A program made the translations under genes and the position numbers. A DNA stretch of 32,000 nt from Mycoplasma mobile 163K (lineage in GTDB: Bacteria > Bacillota_I > Bacilli_A > Mycoplasmatales > Metamycoplasmataceae): positions 690,001 through 722,000 of the forward strand of contig NC_006908.1 in NCBI RefSeq assembly GCF_000008365.1. Reading direction: 5' to 3'. Position 1 is the stretch's first letter, and each line of letters begins with the position of its first letter. The notes under the pieces are model-generated. The model did not search any database, was not told the origin of the DNA, and saw nothing but the letters and a program-made list of their open reading frames with translations. Shown one piece after another: positions 18,163-27,983 of the stretch.

Positions 18163-20997
18163 ATGATCACTAAAAGAAAATTAAGTAAAAAGAAAAAGTG
18201 ACTGATAGGAATTAGTGCATTCGGAGTAGTTTCTACTTCGATAATAACTCCTATTCTTTTAATTGCTTCAAATCCAACAGTTAATAGTTCAAGTGCATTT
18301 AATAAAGAAAAAGAACAAAACTGATTAAATGAAAATACTTTTAGTATTAAGTTGGAAGAAAAGAATCGTTCAATTACTCCGTTTAAATCAAATTCACTAA
18401 CTTTTTTCTCTCTTGCAATTGAATCTCCTAATTATTTTAGTGTTAAAAATAATTTGGAATCTATTGAATTCCCAGAAGATTTTAGTGAGGCAATAAGCTA
18501 TAAAGTAGTTGAATCAATTCCTGAACAAGGAAAGATTTTAGCAAATATTCATTTTCAATCTGGTGCGATTAAAGAAAAAGTAGAAATATCAAATTTTTTA
18601 ACTACTAGTCAAGCTGAAAATATTTTAAAGCAAAATTTATCTCATATTAAAATTTTTTCTGCAAATCCTTCTATTTCTTATACAAATAAATACTACGAAG
18701 ATATTTCAAAACCTGATTCTACTATTAAAGAAAATGAAACAAATATTAACAAAGACTATTTTTTTGAGGCAATCTCAAACTCTATTGCTCCAAATCTTGA
18801 ATCAGTACCTAAAATTTTTCCAAATGACTTTATTATTTTAGGTTTACCTAAAAATATTCCTGTTTCATTTGTTAGACAATTCATTTCAGTGTCTCCTGAA
18901 AATCAAACTGTTAGACTTGATTTTAATGGGTTTGATTATCCTTCAGTGATTGGGATTAAAATTCAAGGGTTTAAACCTGTCTCAACAAATGTGAATTCAA
19001 TGAGTTCTTACAATTCTGATTTAGAAAAATTAAAATCATTAACTTTTAAATCTAAGCCTATTGAATTGCCTAAACAAAATCAGTTAGATTCTAACAATAT
19101 TTTTTCTTCTGAAACTTTATTAGAAAATTTAATAAATTTAAATGAATCAAATATGCTAAATTTTATTAAGGATAATTTATTGTTAAATTATTTATCAAAT
19201 GTTACAACAACAGAAGCAAATTTCACAATTATTTTAAAATCGGGCGCTAAATTTACTTGAGAAAGTTTAAAATTTAATAATTTAAAAACAGAATTTTCAT
19301 CAATAAATGATTTATATAAATATGCAGAGAATCAATTTAGTAACTTATCAATCCAAGAACTTGAATTTGATTTACAAAATATGAATGTTAAAAATGGACA
19401 AATTCAAAAAACTAAACAATTTATAAATCCCACACCTCAATCATATTGAAGTGCATCTTCTTTTATTGACAAAATAAGAAATTCTGAAGTAAAAATCAAC
19501 AATAAAAGTGGCTTAAATTTAAGTATTTCATATTTACTAGATGGAACTGTTAAATCACTTGCACCTATTGTAGGAGAAGCTACTGGAGAAATTAAAATTT
19601 CTTCTAGTGAAACAAATTTAAATTTTGTAACAACTCAAGCTAAAATTCAACCTCTTTTATTTTGATCAGAAAAAGATGAAAGTACAAATATATTTAAAAT
19701 TTTCACATACCCTTCAATCCAAACTTTATATGCAGGGGGGGATGTTGAAATTGATGCTCCTCTTTCAGGTCGTTTTTTTTCAGCAGGAGGTAATACTCTT
19801 TTAAATAGTCCTGAAATAGAAACTAAATTACCTAAAGAAGGAGCAAAAATAAATATTGGTTATATGTTAGTTACACCTGATTCGAGTGGTAAATTTATAC
19901 CAAATTTAAATTCTACTCAAATTGTAAAAGCTTCAATAAGTACAAGTAAAACTAATAGTTCTCAAAATCTTAGTTATTTTTCTTTCATTTCAAACATGTT
20001 GCCTCAAGATGAAAAAAAATCTTTGGAAGATGTTCCTCAAAAATCTTCAATTATTATCAGAAGTTCAAATAGCTATTATGATGATGTTAAAAACGGAATT
20101 GTTGACACTAGAAAACAAGACTTATATTTAGAAAATAAAATTCATTTTGAAACTCATGTAAATCCATATTCTAAAGATGAAAGTGGCAATTGAATTTCAA
20201 AATTGGGAAGTAAAAGTTTTTCAAACTTTAGTTTCACAATTCAAAATCAAGGAGAAATTGTAAACAACTCTAATTTTTACAATAAACAAGAATTGGATAC
20301 TTTATTAGATGTTCAAATTGATGAATTATCTAAGGATTTGAATCAATCAACAAAAAAAATTAATTTATATTTTAATGAAGTATTTCAAAATCTTGAACAG
20401 AATAGAGTTCCAGCAAAAATTGGAAGGGATAATTTAGAATTAGCAAAACTAGATTCAAGGCAATTTATCCTTAAAAATGGGTTTAGAATATCACTTAATG
20501 AATTAGTTGTTGAAGACAAAAGGATTTTTGCAAAGATGAATTTAATAGGAGCAATAAATTATTTGTCATATTTTGATAAATTAAATCCTTTGTGATTGAA
20601 TTTGAATAATTTAAGTAATGTTGAAGTTGAAATAATTCCTATGATACATTCGCTAAGTTCAAATAATAATCATAATATTTATTCAAAATATGAAATCAAT
20701 TCACTTTCAAGTTCAATTACAAATAAAAATTTTGACTTAATTAAATATGAAAAAAATTTAAATGAATCAAAGTTAAGTGAATCAATACCTTCAATTTTAA
20801 AAAATCAAAAAATTAGTAATGGATTTTATTTAAAATTCAAAAATTCCGATGAGAAGACCAATAATAATTTGTTTGCTTCTCATGATTTAGAATTTGCAAA
20901 AATTTTTGGAAGTAGAACAGGAATTTCAAGTGCTTATTTTTCATTATCAGTTCTTACTTTACAATATGCTGTATTGAAAGATGAAATAAGTGAATAA
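18163..20997 (+). CDS. large membrane-anchored surface protein (944 aa), unknown function
   Basis: ATG 18163. Basic N-terminus plus one TM/signal-anchor (WLIGISAFGVVSTSIITPILLIA, no lipobox Cys). Frame-1 fragments 18352..19260, 19864..20193, 20203..20595 and 20596..20997 all join across TGA. Asn/Ser-rich, with segments resembling mycoplasma lipoprotein-associated domains (e.g. ILANIHFQSGAIKEKVEISNF, GIKIQGFKP). Confidence 0.7.
19735..19741 (+). repeat. G7 homopolymer inside the surface-protein gene
   Basis: gcaGGGGGGGat encoding AGGD, with a T8 run 30 nt downstream. The longest G run I noticed in this AT-rich window. Confidence 0.8.
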
Positions 20998-21049
20998 AAA
21001 TTTATTTTTATTCATGGTATAATTACTAAATAATTAAAAAGGAGAGACT

Positions 21050-21697
21050 ATGAAATCAGTAAATATGAGAGAAAGTGTAAATGAAAAATCTTTCTCTCCA
21101 AACGCAGATAATAGAATAAGAAGACCAGAAAACCCATTATGATTAAAAATTATATTTTGAATTTCTTTTGTCTTAATTATTCCAATAATTTTTTATATTG
21201 TTTGATACATTAAAACAAAAAATTATTTTATTGAATTACAAACAAGAATTAACCAACAAGCTTCTGGAATTGATATCCAATTAGCAAAAAGAAGAGATAC
21301 ATTGGTTAAAACTTATGAATCTGTAAAAGGATACTTAAGACATGAAAAAGATATTCAAGAAAATATTGCCAAACTTAGAAGTCAAGCAATAAATCCAGAA
21401 AATAGAGGAGAAGTTGCTTCGCAAATTGAAAATTTAACTTCTCAATTTAAAATTTCTTTTGAAAATTATCCAGATTTAAAAGCAAACACAATTATGATTG
21501 ATTTCATGAATACTATTGAAGATCTTGAAAGAGAAATTGCTGCAGCTAGAAGACTTTACAATTCAGATGTTCAAAGATATAACCAACAGATTCTTTCTGT
21601 ACCTGGAACAATTGTTTCTTACAATAATAAATTAGAAACATTCCCACTCTTTGTTGCTTCAGCGCAACAAAGAGAAGATGTTGAAATTAAATTTTAG
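21050..21697 (+). CDS. lemA: LemA family membrane protein
   Basis: SD AAAGGAGAG. ATG 21050 joins ORF 21302..21697 across three TGA codons. One N-terminal TM, then the LemA pattern QLAKRRDTL...NYPDLKAN...LEREIAAARRLYN..V..YN. Confidence 0.85.
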
Positions 21698-21705
21698 GTC
21701 TTTTT

Positions 21706-22767
21706 ATGAAAGTAAAAAAATTCAGAAATTTGATTGAAACTAATTATGAAGATCTCTTTGATGAGGAAAGTGTTCTTAAGCACATTGTAGAAAATTTTGA
21801 ATTTAAAAGCCCCACTTCAACTGTGGCTTTTATTATAAAATTTTGAGCTCTTTTAGTTTTTATCCCGATTATTATTGCCATTATTTTTATTTCAATGTTT
21901 TTTACAACACTAATCTTTCCGTTGCTTATTGCTTTTATTGTTTTTATTTTTATTACATTTTGTATTTCATCAATAGTGTTAACAATATTTCATCGTTTGA
22001 AAAAACAAATTAATTATGAAATTAAAAGAAGTTTAAATGTTTCTAAAATTTATAAAATAATTTTAGATAAAGTGGAAAATATTGATATTTTCGAACACAA
22101 TTATAAAGATTTAGAAATGTTTGTGTGAAATTATTCTAATGTTGTTTCAACGACTGTAAAAATGAATACTAATGCTAGAAGTACTTCGTATTCAAGACCA
22201 AGAAATGAATTACTTTTTAAAAAATCAGATGTCCTTCATGGAGAATTTAATCAAAAACCTTTTAGTATTGGTATTGCAACATGACGTTATGAAGTTTATG
22301 ATTCAAAAAACAAAAGAACAGATTATTATTATGTTGATAGTTGTGTTTTAAAAATAGATAAACATGCTTCAAAAAGTGACTCACCACTTTTTGTAAACGA
22401 CAAACATAGTGGTCCAAAAGAATTAGATGATCTTGAGAATAGAGATTTTAATAAAAAACATAAAATTAGAACAGCAGATAGAATATTTAGTAGAAAAATT
22501 TTTACTATTTACACACAAGAATTATGATTAAAATTGGAAAAAATGAGCGGTTTAAATACTAAAGTTGCAATTTTTAATGATGAATATGTTCAAGTGTTTA
22601 ATGGTAAAAATATTAATCAGAATCTTTTTAAAATTAATCCTAGAAAAATAAAAACTTATTCAAAAGAAGCAATTGCTAAAAGTATTCTTGAAGATATAAA
22701 AGAAGATCTTAAATATTTATTGTTGCTTTTAAGTTATTTTGGTACAAGTGAAGAAATGAACAAGTAA
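21706..22767 (+). CDS. membrane protein (353 aa), DUF3137-like partner of LemA
   Basis: ATG 21706, 9 nt after lemA. Fragments 21895..22128 and 22534..22767 join in frame 1 across TGA. Two adjacent TM helices, then a soluble domain with LENRDFNKKHKIRTADRIFSRKIFT..QELWLKL, resembling the DUF3137 pattern as I recall it (E..F...F.V.s.D...aR.ilt). Confidence 0.55.
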
Positions 22768-22799
22768 AATTTAAATGCATTGCTGCATTTAAATTTTTT
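22766..22799 (+). terminator. intrinsic terminator after the lemA operon
   Basis: 14-bp stem AAAATTTAAATGCA / TGCATTTAAATTTT, loop TTGC, followed by TT. Starts within the stop codon. Confidence 0.7.
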
Positions 22800-22813
22800 G
22801 TGTGGAGGAATAT

Positions 22814-23251
22814 ATGAAAATAATAAAAGAAGAAACAAAAAATGCTCTTTTTGTAGGAAGTTTTACATATTTTAAAATGGGGCATTTTGATGTTGTAAAA
22901 AGAGCTTTAAAAGTTTTTGATTATGTTTATATTGCACCAAGTATTAATGAGGAAAAAAATAATGAAAATTCTTTAGAAGAAAGATACTTAAAATTGAAAA
23001 ATAAGTTCAAAAATTTTAAAAGAATTGAAATCATAAAAAATACAGGAGATTCTAGTAGTCTTGCAAAAAAATTAAATGCTTCAATTGTTAGAGGGGTAAG
23101 GATTGATGATGAAAATATCTTCATTCGCGATTCTCTTTATGAAAAAAAATTAATTCAATATTATGAAGAACATGGTGTTGAATGTTTTGTTGTTTATAAT
23201 AAATCAAATTCTGAAGAATTTTTCCCTGAAAATTATCAAATAGACTATTAA
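22814..23251 (+). CDS. coaD: phosphopantetheine adenylyltransferase-like (divergent)
   Basis: ALFVGSFTYFKMGHFDVVKRALKVFDYVYIA aligns with CoaD GSFDPxTNGHxDIIxRA. SLEERYLKLK and IVRGVR also match the CoaD pattern. 145 aa. Confidence 0.6.
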   Translation: MKIIKEETKNALFVGSFTYFKMGHFDVVKRALKVFDYVYIAPSINEEKNNENSLEERYLKLKNKFKNFKRIEIIKNTGDSSSLAKKLNASIVRGVRIDDENIFIRDSLYEKKLIQYYEEHGVECFVVYNKSNSEEFFPENYQIDY

Positions 23252-23314
23252 ACTTATTTTGTAATATCCACTTTAAAGAAGAAAATAAATAGTTTATAAT
23301 TGATTATATTATAA

Positions 23315-23878
23315 ATGATAGCAATTACAGGAAAAAGTGGTGCAGGCAAAACTTACTATAGCACTAAATTAAGAAAATTAGGTTACAAAGTATTTATTGG
23401 AGATGAATTTAATAATATAATTTATTCTTTTAATAATGAAGGTTACAACTTAGTAAAAAATCATATAAGCGGTACTTTAGTTAATGAAAAAGGTGTTGAT
23501 AAACCAAAATTAGTTGCTTGAATTTTAGAAGATTTTAAAAATAATTTGGAAAAATTGAAAAATTTAATAGAACCTTTGCATTTTGAACATTTAAAAAAAA
23601 ATAAATATGATTTTGCAGAACTTGCTCTTATAACTAAAGAATCAAATTTTAGAGATTTATTTTTAGAAATAATTTTTCTTAATATTTCAGAAAATAAAAG
23701 AAAGAAAAATTTAATTGAAAAAAGAAAAATTAGTCTTGAACAATATTTAAATATAAATAAAAAAATTGCTGACCATAGTGAAGGCAAACATTTTTTCAAT
23801 ATTAAATTTGAAATTGATAGTGTAAAAGAAGAAGATGTTTTGAATTATCTAATTAATAAAAGCAAAAATAGTAATTAA
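23315..23878 (+). CDS. coaE: dephospho-CoA kinase-like P-loop kinase
   Basis: [14 protein letters not shown]-loop at the extreme N-terminus. [29 protein letters not shown] matches the CoaE pattern (idR.kL...vF.d...l..Ln.i.HP). Fragments join across TGA 23519. Adjacent to coaD. Confidence 0.55.
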
Positions 23879-23973
23879 ATTTTTATTTATTGTGCTTAAA
23901 TGAATGCTTTTTTTCTAAGTGTGCAAATTTGAGGTTATACTTATTATATAAACATAACAATGAGGTACTCCAA

Positions 23974-25170
23974 ATGAATTTTTCAAGTTACAATTTAGAA
24001 AATTTTTTAGATGAAAATCTAAAAAATTTAAAGGAGAAAAATCTTTATTCAACAATTGATACACTTGAAGGTGCAAATGGCCCTGAAATAATTATAGATG
24101 GAAAGAAAAAAATAAATTTAGCATCAAATAATTATCTTGGTTTTGCAACACATCCTGATTTAATTGAAGCATCAAATAATGCAACGATAAAATATGGTGT
24201 GGGTTCAGGAGCTGTTAGAACTATTAATGGAACTCTTGATGTTCATATTGAACTTGAGAAAAGAATTGCCAAATTCAAAGGAACAGAAGCATCTATTGCA
24301 TTTCAATCGGGTTTTAATGCGAACATGGGTGCAATTTCTTCGATTATGGGAAAAGATGATGCAATTCTTTCTGATAGTTTAAATCATGCCTCAATTATTG
24401 ATGGGTGTCGTTTATCAAAAGCGAAAATTATTCGTGTTGAGCATTCAGACATGATAGATCTGGAACAAAAAGCAAAAGAAGCAACTGAAAGTGGTCTTTA
24501 CAAAAAAATTATGTATATTACTGATGGTGTTTTTTCAATGGATGGTGATGTAGCAAAATTAGATAAAATTGTAAAAATAGCCGAAAAATATAATTTAATC
24601 ACTTATGTAGATGATGCACATGGTTCGGGTGTTCTTGGTAAAGGAGCAGGAACTGTAAAAGAATTTGGTTTATCAAATAAAATTGACTTGCAAATGGGAA
24701 CTTTATCAAAAGCAATAGGAGTTGTTGGAGGTTATGTAGCAGGATCTCAAAAATTAATTTCTTGGCTAAAATCTCAGGCTAGAACTTTTTTATTTTCAAC
24801 TTCTTTAACTCCAGGCTCTTGTGCTGCTATTATTAAAGCGATTGATTTAATAGAATCTGATTCTTCGTATGTTGAAAAATTGTGAAAAAATGCGAATTAC
24901 TTTAAAAAAGAATTGCAAAAAATAGGTTATAACATTGGAAATTCTCAAACACCAATCACTCCTATTATTTTAGGAGAAGAAAAATTAGCTCAAAATTTTG
25001 CAAAACGTCTAATAGAAGAAGGTGTTTATGTTAAACCAATTATTTTTCCAACTGTGCCTTTAGGAACAGCAAGGGTAAGAAATATGCCAAGTGCTGCTCA
25101 TTCAAAAAAAATCCTTGATGAAGCTATTAAAATTTATTTAAAAGTAGGTAAAGAAATGAAAATTATTTAA
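23974..25170 (+). CDS. kbl: 2-amino-3-ketobutyrate CoA ligase (glycine C-acetyltransferase)
   Basis: ATG 23974. Fragments 23890..24885 and 24913..25170 join across TGA 24883. Alpha-oxoamine synthase motifs [25 protein letters not shown], and PLP-lysine GTLSKAIG. Confidence 0.85.
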
Positions 25171-25203
25171 CTTTCATTTCAAAAATAATATTAAGGAGAA
25201 AAT

Positions 25204-26154
25204 ATGAAAAGAATTATTGTAACAGGTTGTTTAGGTCAAATAGGATCGGAATTAATTGCTCGTTTAAGAAAAGACAAAGGAACTGAAAATGTTCTTGCAA
25301 CCGATATAAAAAAACCTGAAAATCACCCTGTTATTAAAAATGGGTTATTTGAAACTTTAGATGTTTTAGATGAAGTTAAAATGTATGATCTTGCTAAAAA
25401 TTTTAAAGCCGATACAATTATTCATTTAGCCTCATTGCTATCTGCAACAGCAGAAGATAAACCGCAATTTGCTTGACATTTAAACATGACAGGTCTTATG
25501 AATGCTTTAGAAACAGCAAGAAAACTAAATTTGAAATTTTTTACACCAAGTTCGATTGGAGCATTTGGGCCAGAAACACCTAAAGTAAATACGCCTCAAG
25601 ATACTATCCAACGTCCTAAAACAATGTATGGAATTACTAAAACTGCGGGTGAGTTATTATGTGATTATTACTATAATAAATTTGGGGTTGACACAAGAGG
25701 AGTTCGTTTTCCGGGATTAATTTCTTATGATACTTTACCTGGCGGAGGAACAACTGATTATGCTGTTGAAATTTATTATGAGGCAATAAAAAAAGGTATG
25801 TATAAATCTCCTATTGGTAAAGGTACTTATATGGATATGATGTATATGCCTGATGCTATTGATAGTATTATTAAGTTGTTAGAAACACCGCAAGAAAAAT
25901 TAATTCATAGAAATGCTTTTAATGTGTCTGCAATGTCTTTTGATCCTGAAGAAATTAAAAATAGTATTAAAAAATTTATTCCAAGTTTTTCAATGACTTA
26001 TGAAGTAAATCCAAAATTGCAAAAAATTGCGAATTCTTGACCTGATTCTTTAGATGTATCAGCCGCTAAAAAAGAGTGAGGCTTTTCTCCTAAATATAAT
26101 TTAGATGAAATGTCTAAAGATATGATTGAAAAATTAAATAAAAAACTAGCTTAA
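25204..26154 (+). CDS. tdh: L-threonine 3-dehydrogenase, SDR/epimerase type
   Basis: SD AAGGAG. Rossmann [12 protein letters not shown], catalytic YGITKTAGE (YxxxK), [14 protein letters not shown] characteristic of short-chain TDH. Three fragments join across TGA. Stop TAA 26152..26154. Confidence 0.85.
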
Positions 26155-26166
26155 TGCTAGTTTTTT
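26140..26166. terminator. bidirectional terminator between convergent tdh and pdhD
   Basis: AAAAAACTAGC / GCTAGTTTTTT, 11-bp stem, 5-nt loop containing the tdh stop codon. Confidence 0.65.
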
Positions 26167-26179
26167 ATTTAATTTTCCT

Positions 26180-27982
26180 TTATTTCTTTTTTAATTTGTG
26201 ACTTGCTGTACGGGCATTTTCTCAAATAATTTCACTGAAAGTAGGGTGAGGGTGTATTGCATTAGCAATTTCATGAACTGTTGTTTCTAAATCTATAGCA
26301 ACAACTAATTCACTAATTAAATCAGTTGCATGTGCTCCAATAATATGAGCTCCTAAAATTTCATGAGTTTCTTTATCAATAATTAATTTAGAAAAACCCA
26401 TTGTTTGATCTGATGCAATTGCTTTTCCAATAAATTTCATTTGATGTTTTTCAGAAATATATGCTCTACCACTTTCTTTTGCTTGTCTTTCGGACATTCC
26501 TACAGAAGCAATTTCAGGATGTGTGTAAATACATGCTGGGACTGTTTTACCTGTATAAGATAGATCTCCGTTTCCTAAAAGATGTTTTATTGCAATGTGA
26601 GCATGTTGATAAGCGACATGAGCAAGCATAGTTTTAAAAGTGACATCCCCAATTGCGTAAGCTCCTGGAATATTTGTTTGACAAAATTCATTAATAACAA
26701 TTTCGCCTTTTTCACCAATTTGATATCCGACTTCTTTTGCATTAGCAATGACTGGAATTCTACCAACTGAGACCATAATTTTTGAAGCCTTAATTGTTTT
26801 AGCTTCTCCGTTTACTTTGTAATGTAAAGTATCTTTTTCAATTTTAACAGTTTCTGCATTATAAACAATTTGGATTCCTGAACTTATTAATTTATCAGAT
26901 AAAACTTTAATAACATCTTCATCCAAAGCAGGAATGATTGTTGGAGCATTTTGAATAACTGTTACTTTAGAACCTGACGCTGCAAAAATTTGAGCAAATT
27001 CAATTCCAATAACTCCTCCACCAATAATTACTAATTCTTTTGGTAAAGATTCAATTTGAATTGCTTCTTCAGCTGTAATTGCAAATCCTGATTTATAAGC
27101 TTCTTCAAAACCTGGCAAAGTTAATTTTCTATTTTTTGAACCTGTTGCAATAATGATATTTTCAGCTTCATAAATTTCACCATTAACTTGAACAACCTTA
27201 GGCGCTAAAAATTTAGCCTCTCCATTAATGGTTTTAACTTTGTTCCCCTTCATAAGAGCAAGAACACCACCAACAAGAGTATTAACAACTTTTTGCTTTC
27301 TTTCTTGCATTTTTTTTCAATTCATTTTAAGTTTAGAAACATCAATATCTAATCCATAATCTGAAGCGTGTGAAAGTTGCTCGAACACTTCTGTTGATTT
27401 TAATAAAGCTTTTGTTGGAATACATCCCACATTAAGACATACTCCTCCTCAATATTCTTTTTCAATAATCAGAGTTTTTTTACCATTTTTACCAGCTTCT
27501 TCAGCAGCTAAATACCCACCAGGACCACTACCTAAAACAATAACATCATATTTATCAGTGATTTTCCCATTAAAAGATGTTGGTTGAATAGATGTTGATG
27601 ATGTAGGAGTACTTGAAGTTTTTTTTCCAAAAGACATAACTTCATCTGAAACAGCAACTTCTCCAACTACAGAAGCTCCACCACCTGCTTTTTTAGGAGC
27701 TTCTGCTTTTATTTCGGCAGGTTTAACTTCAATAGATTGTGAAGATGAACCATCATCAATGTAGTAAATTTCTTGACCAACATGAATTGTATCACCTTGA
27801 GCCATTGCTACTTTAACAATTTTTCCTGTAGCAGGAGAAGGAATATCAGAAGTTACTTTATCTGTTTCAACAGAAAATAAAGCTTCTCCTTCTTTTACCA
27901 TATCTCCTTCTTTTTTATAAATTTCAGCTACAAGACCTTCATGAAGTCCTTCACCAATATCTGCAAATTTAAATTTAAACAT
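26180..27982 (-). CDS. pdhD: dihydrolipoyl dehydrogenase (E3) with an N-terminal lipoyl domain (600 aa)
   Basis: ORFs 27449..27982 and 26222..27310 join in frame across TGA codons. Lipoyl motif [13 protein letters not shown], linker [18 protein letters not shown] motif VLGSGPGGY, redox disulfide [14 protein letters not shown]-terminal [11 protein letters not shown] 26222 read as Trp extends to TAA 26182..26180. Confidence 0.9.
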
Positions 27983-27983
27983 T

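Noticed and set aside
23879-23973. Possible glycine or other riboswitch ahead of kbl
   Set aside because: The gap is only 95 nt and extremely AT-rich, with no conserved riboswitch core recognisable. It more likely holds just a promoter and SD.
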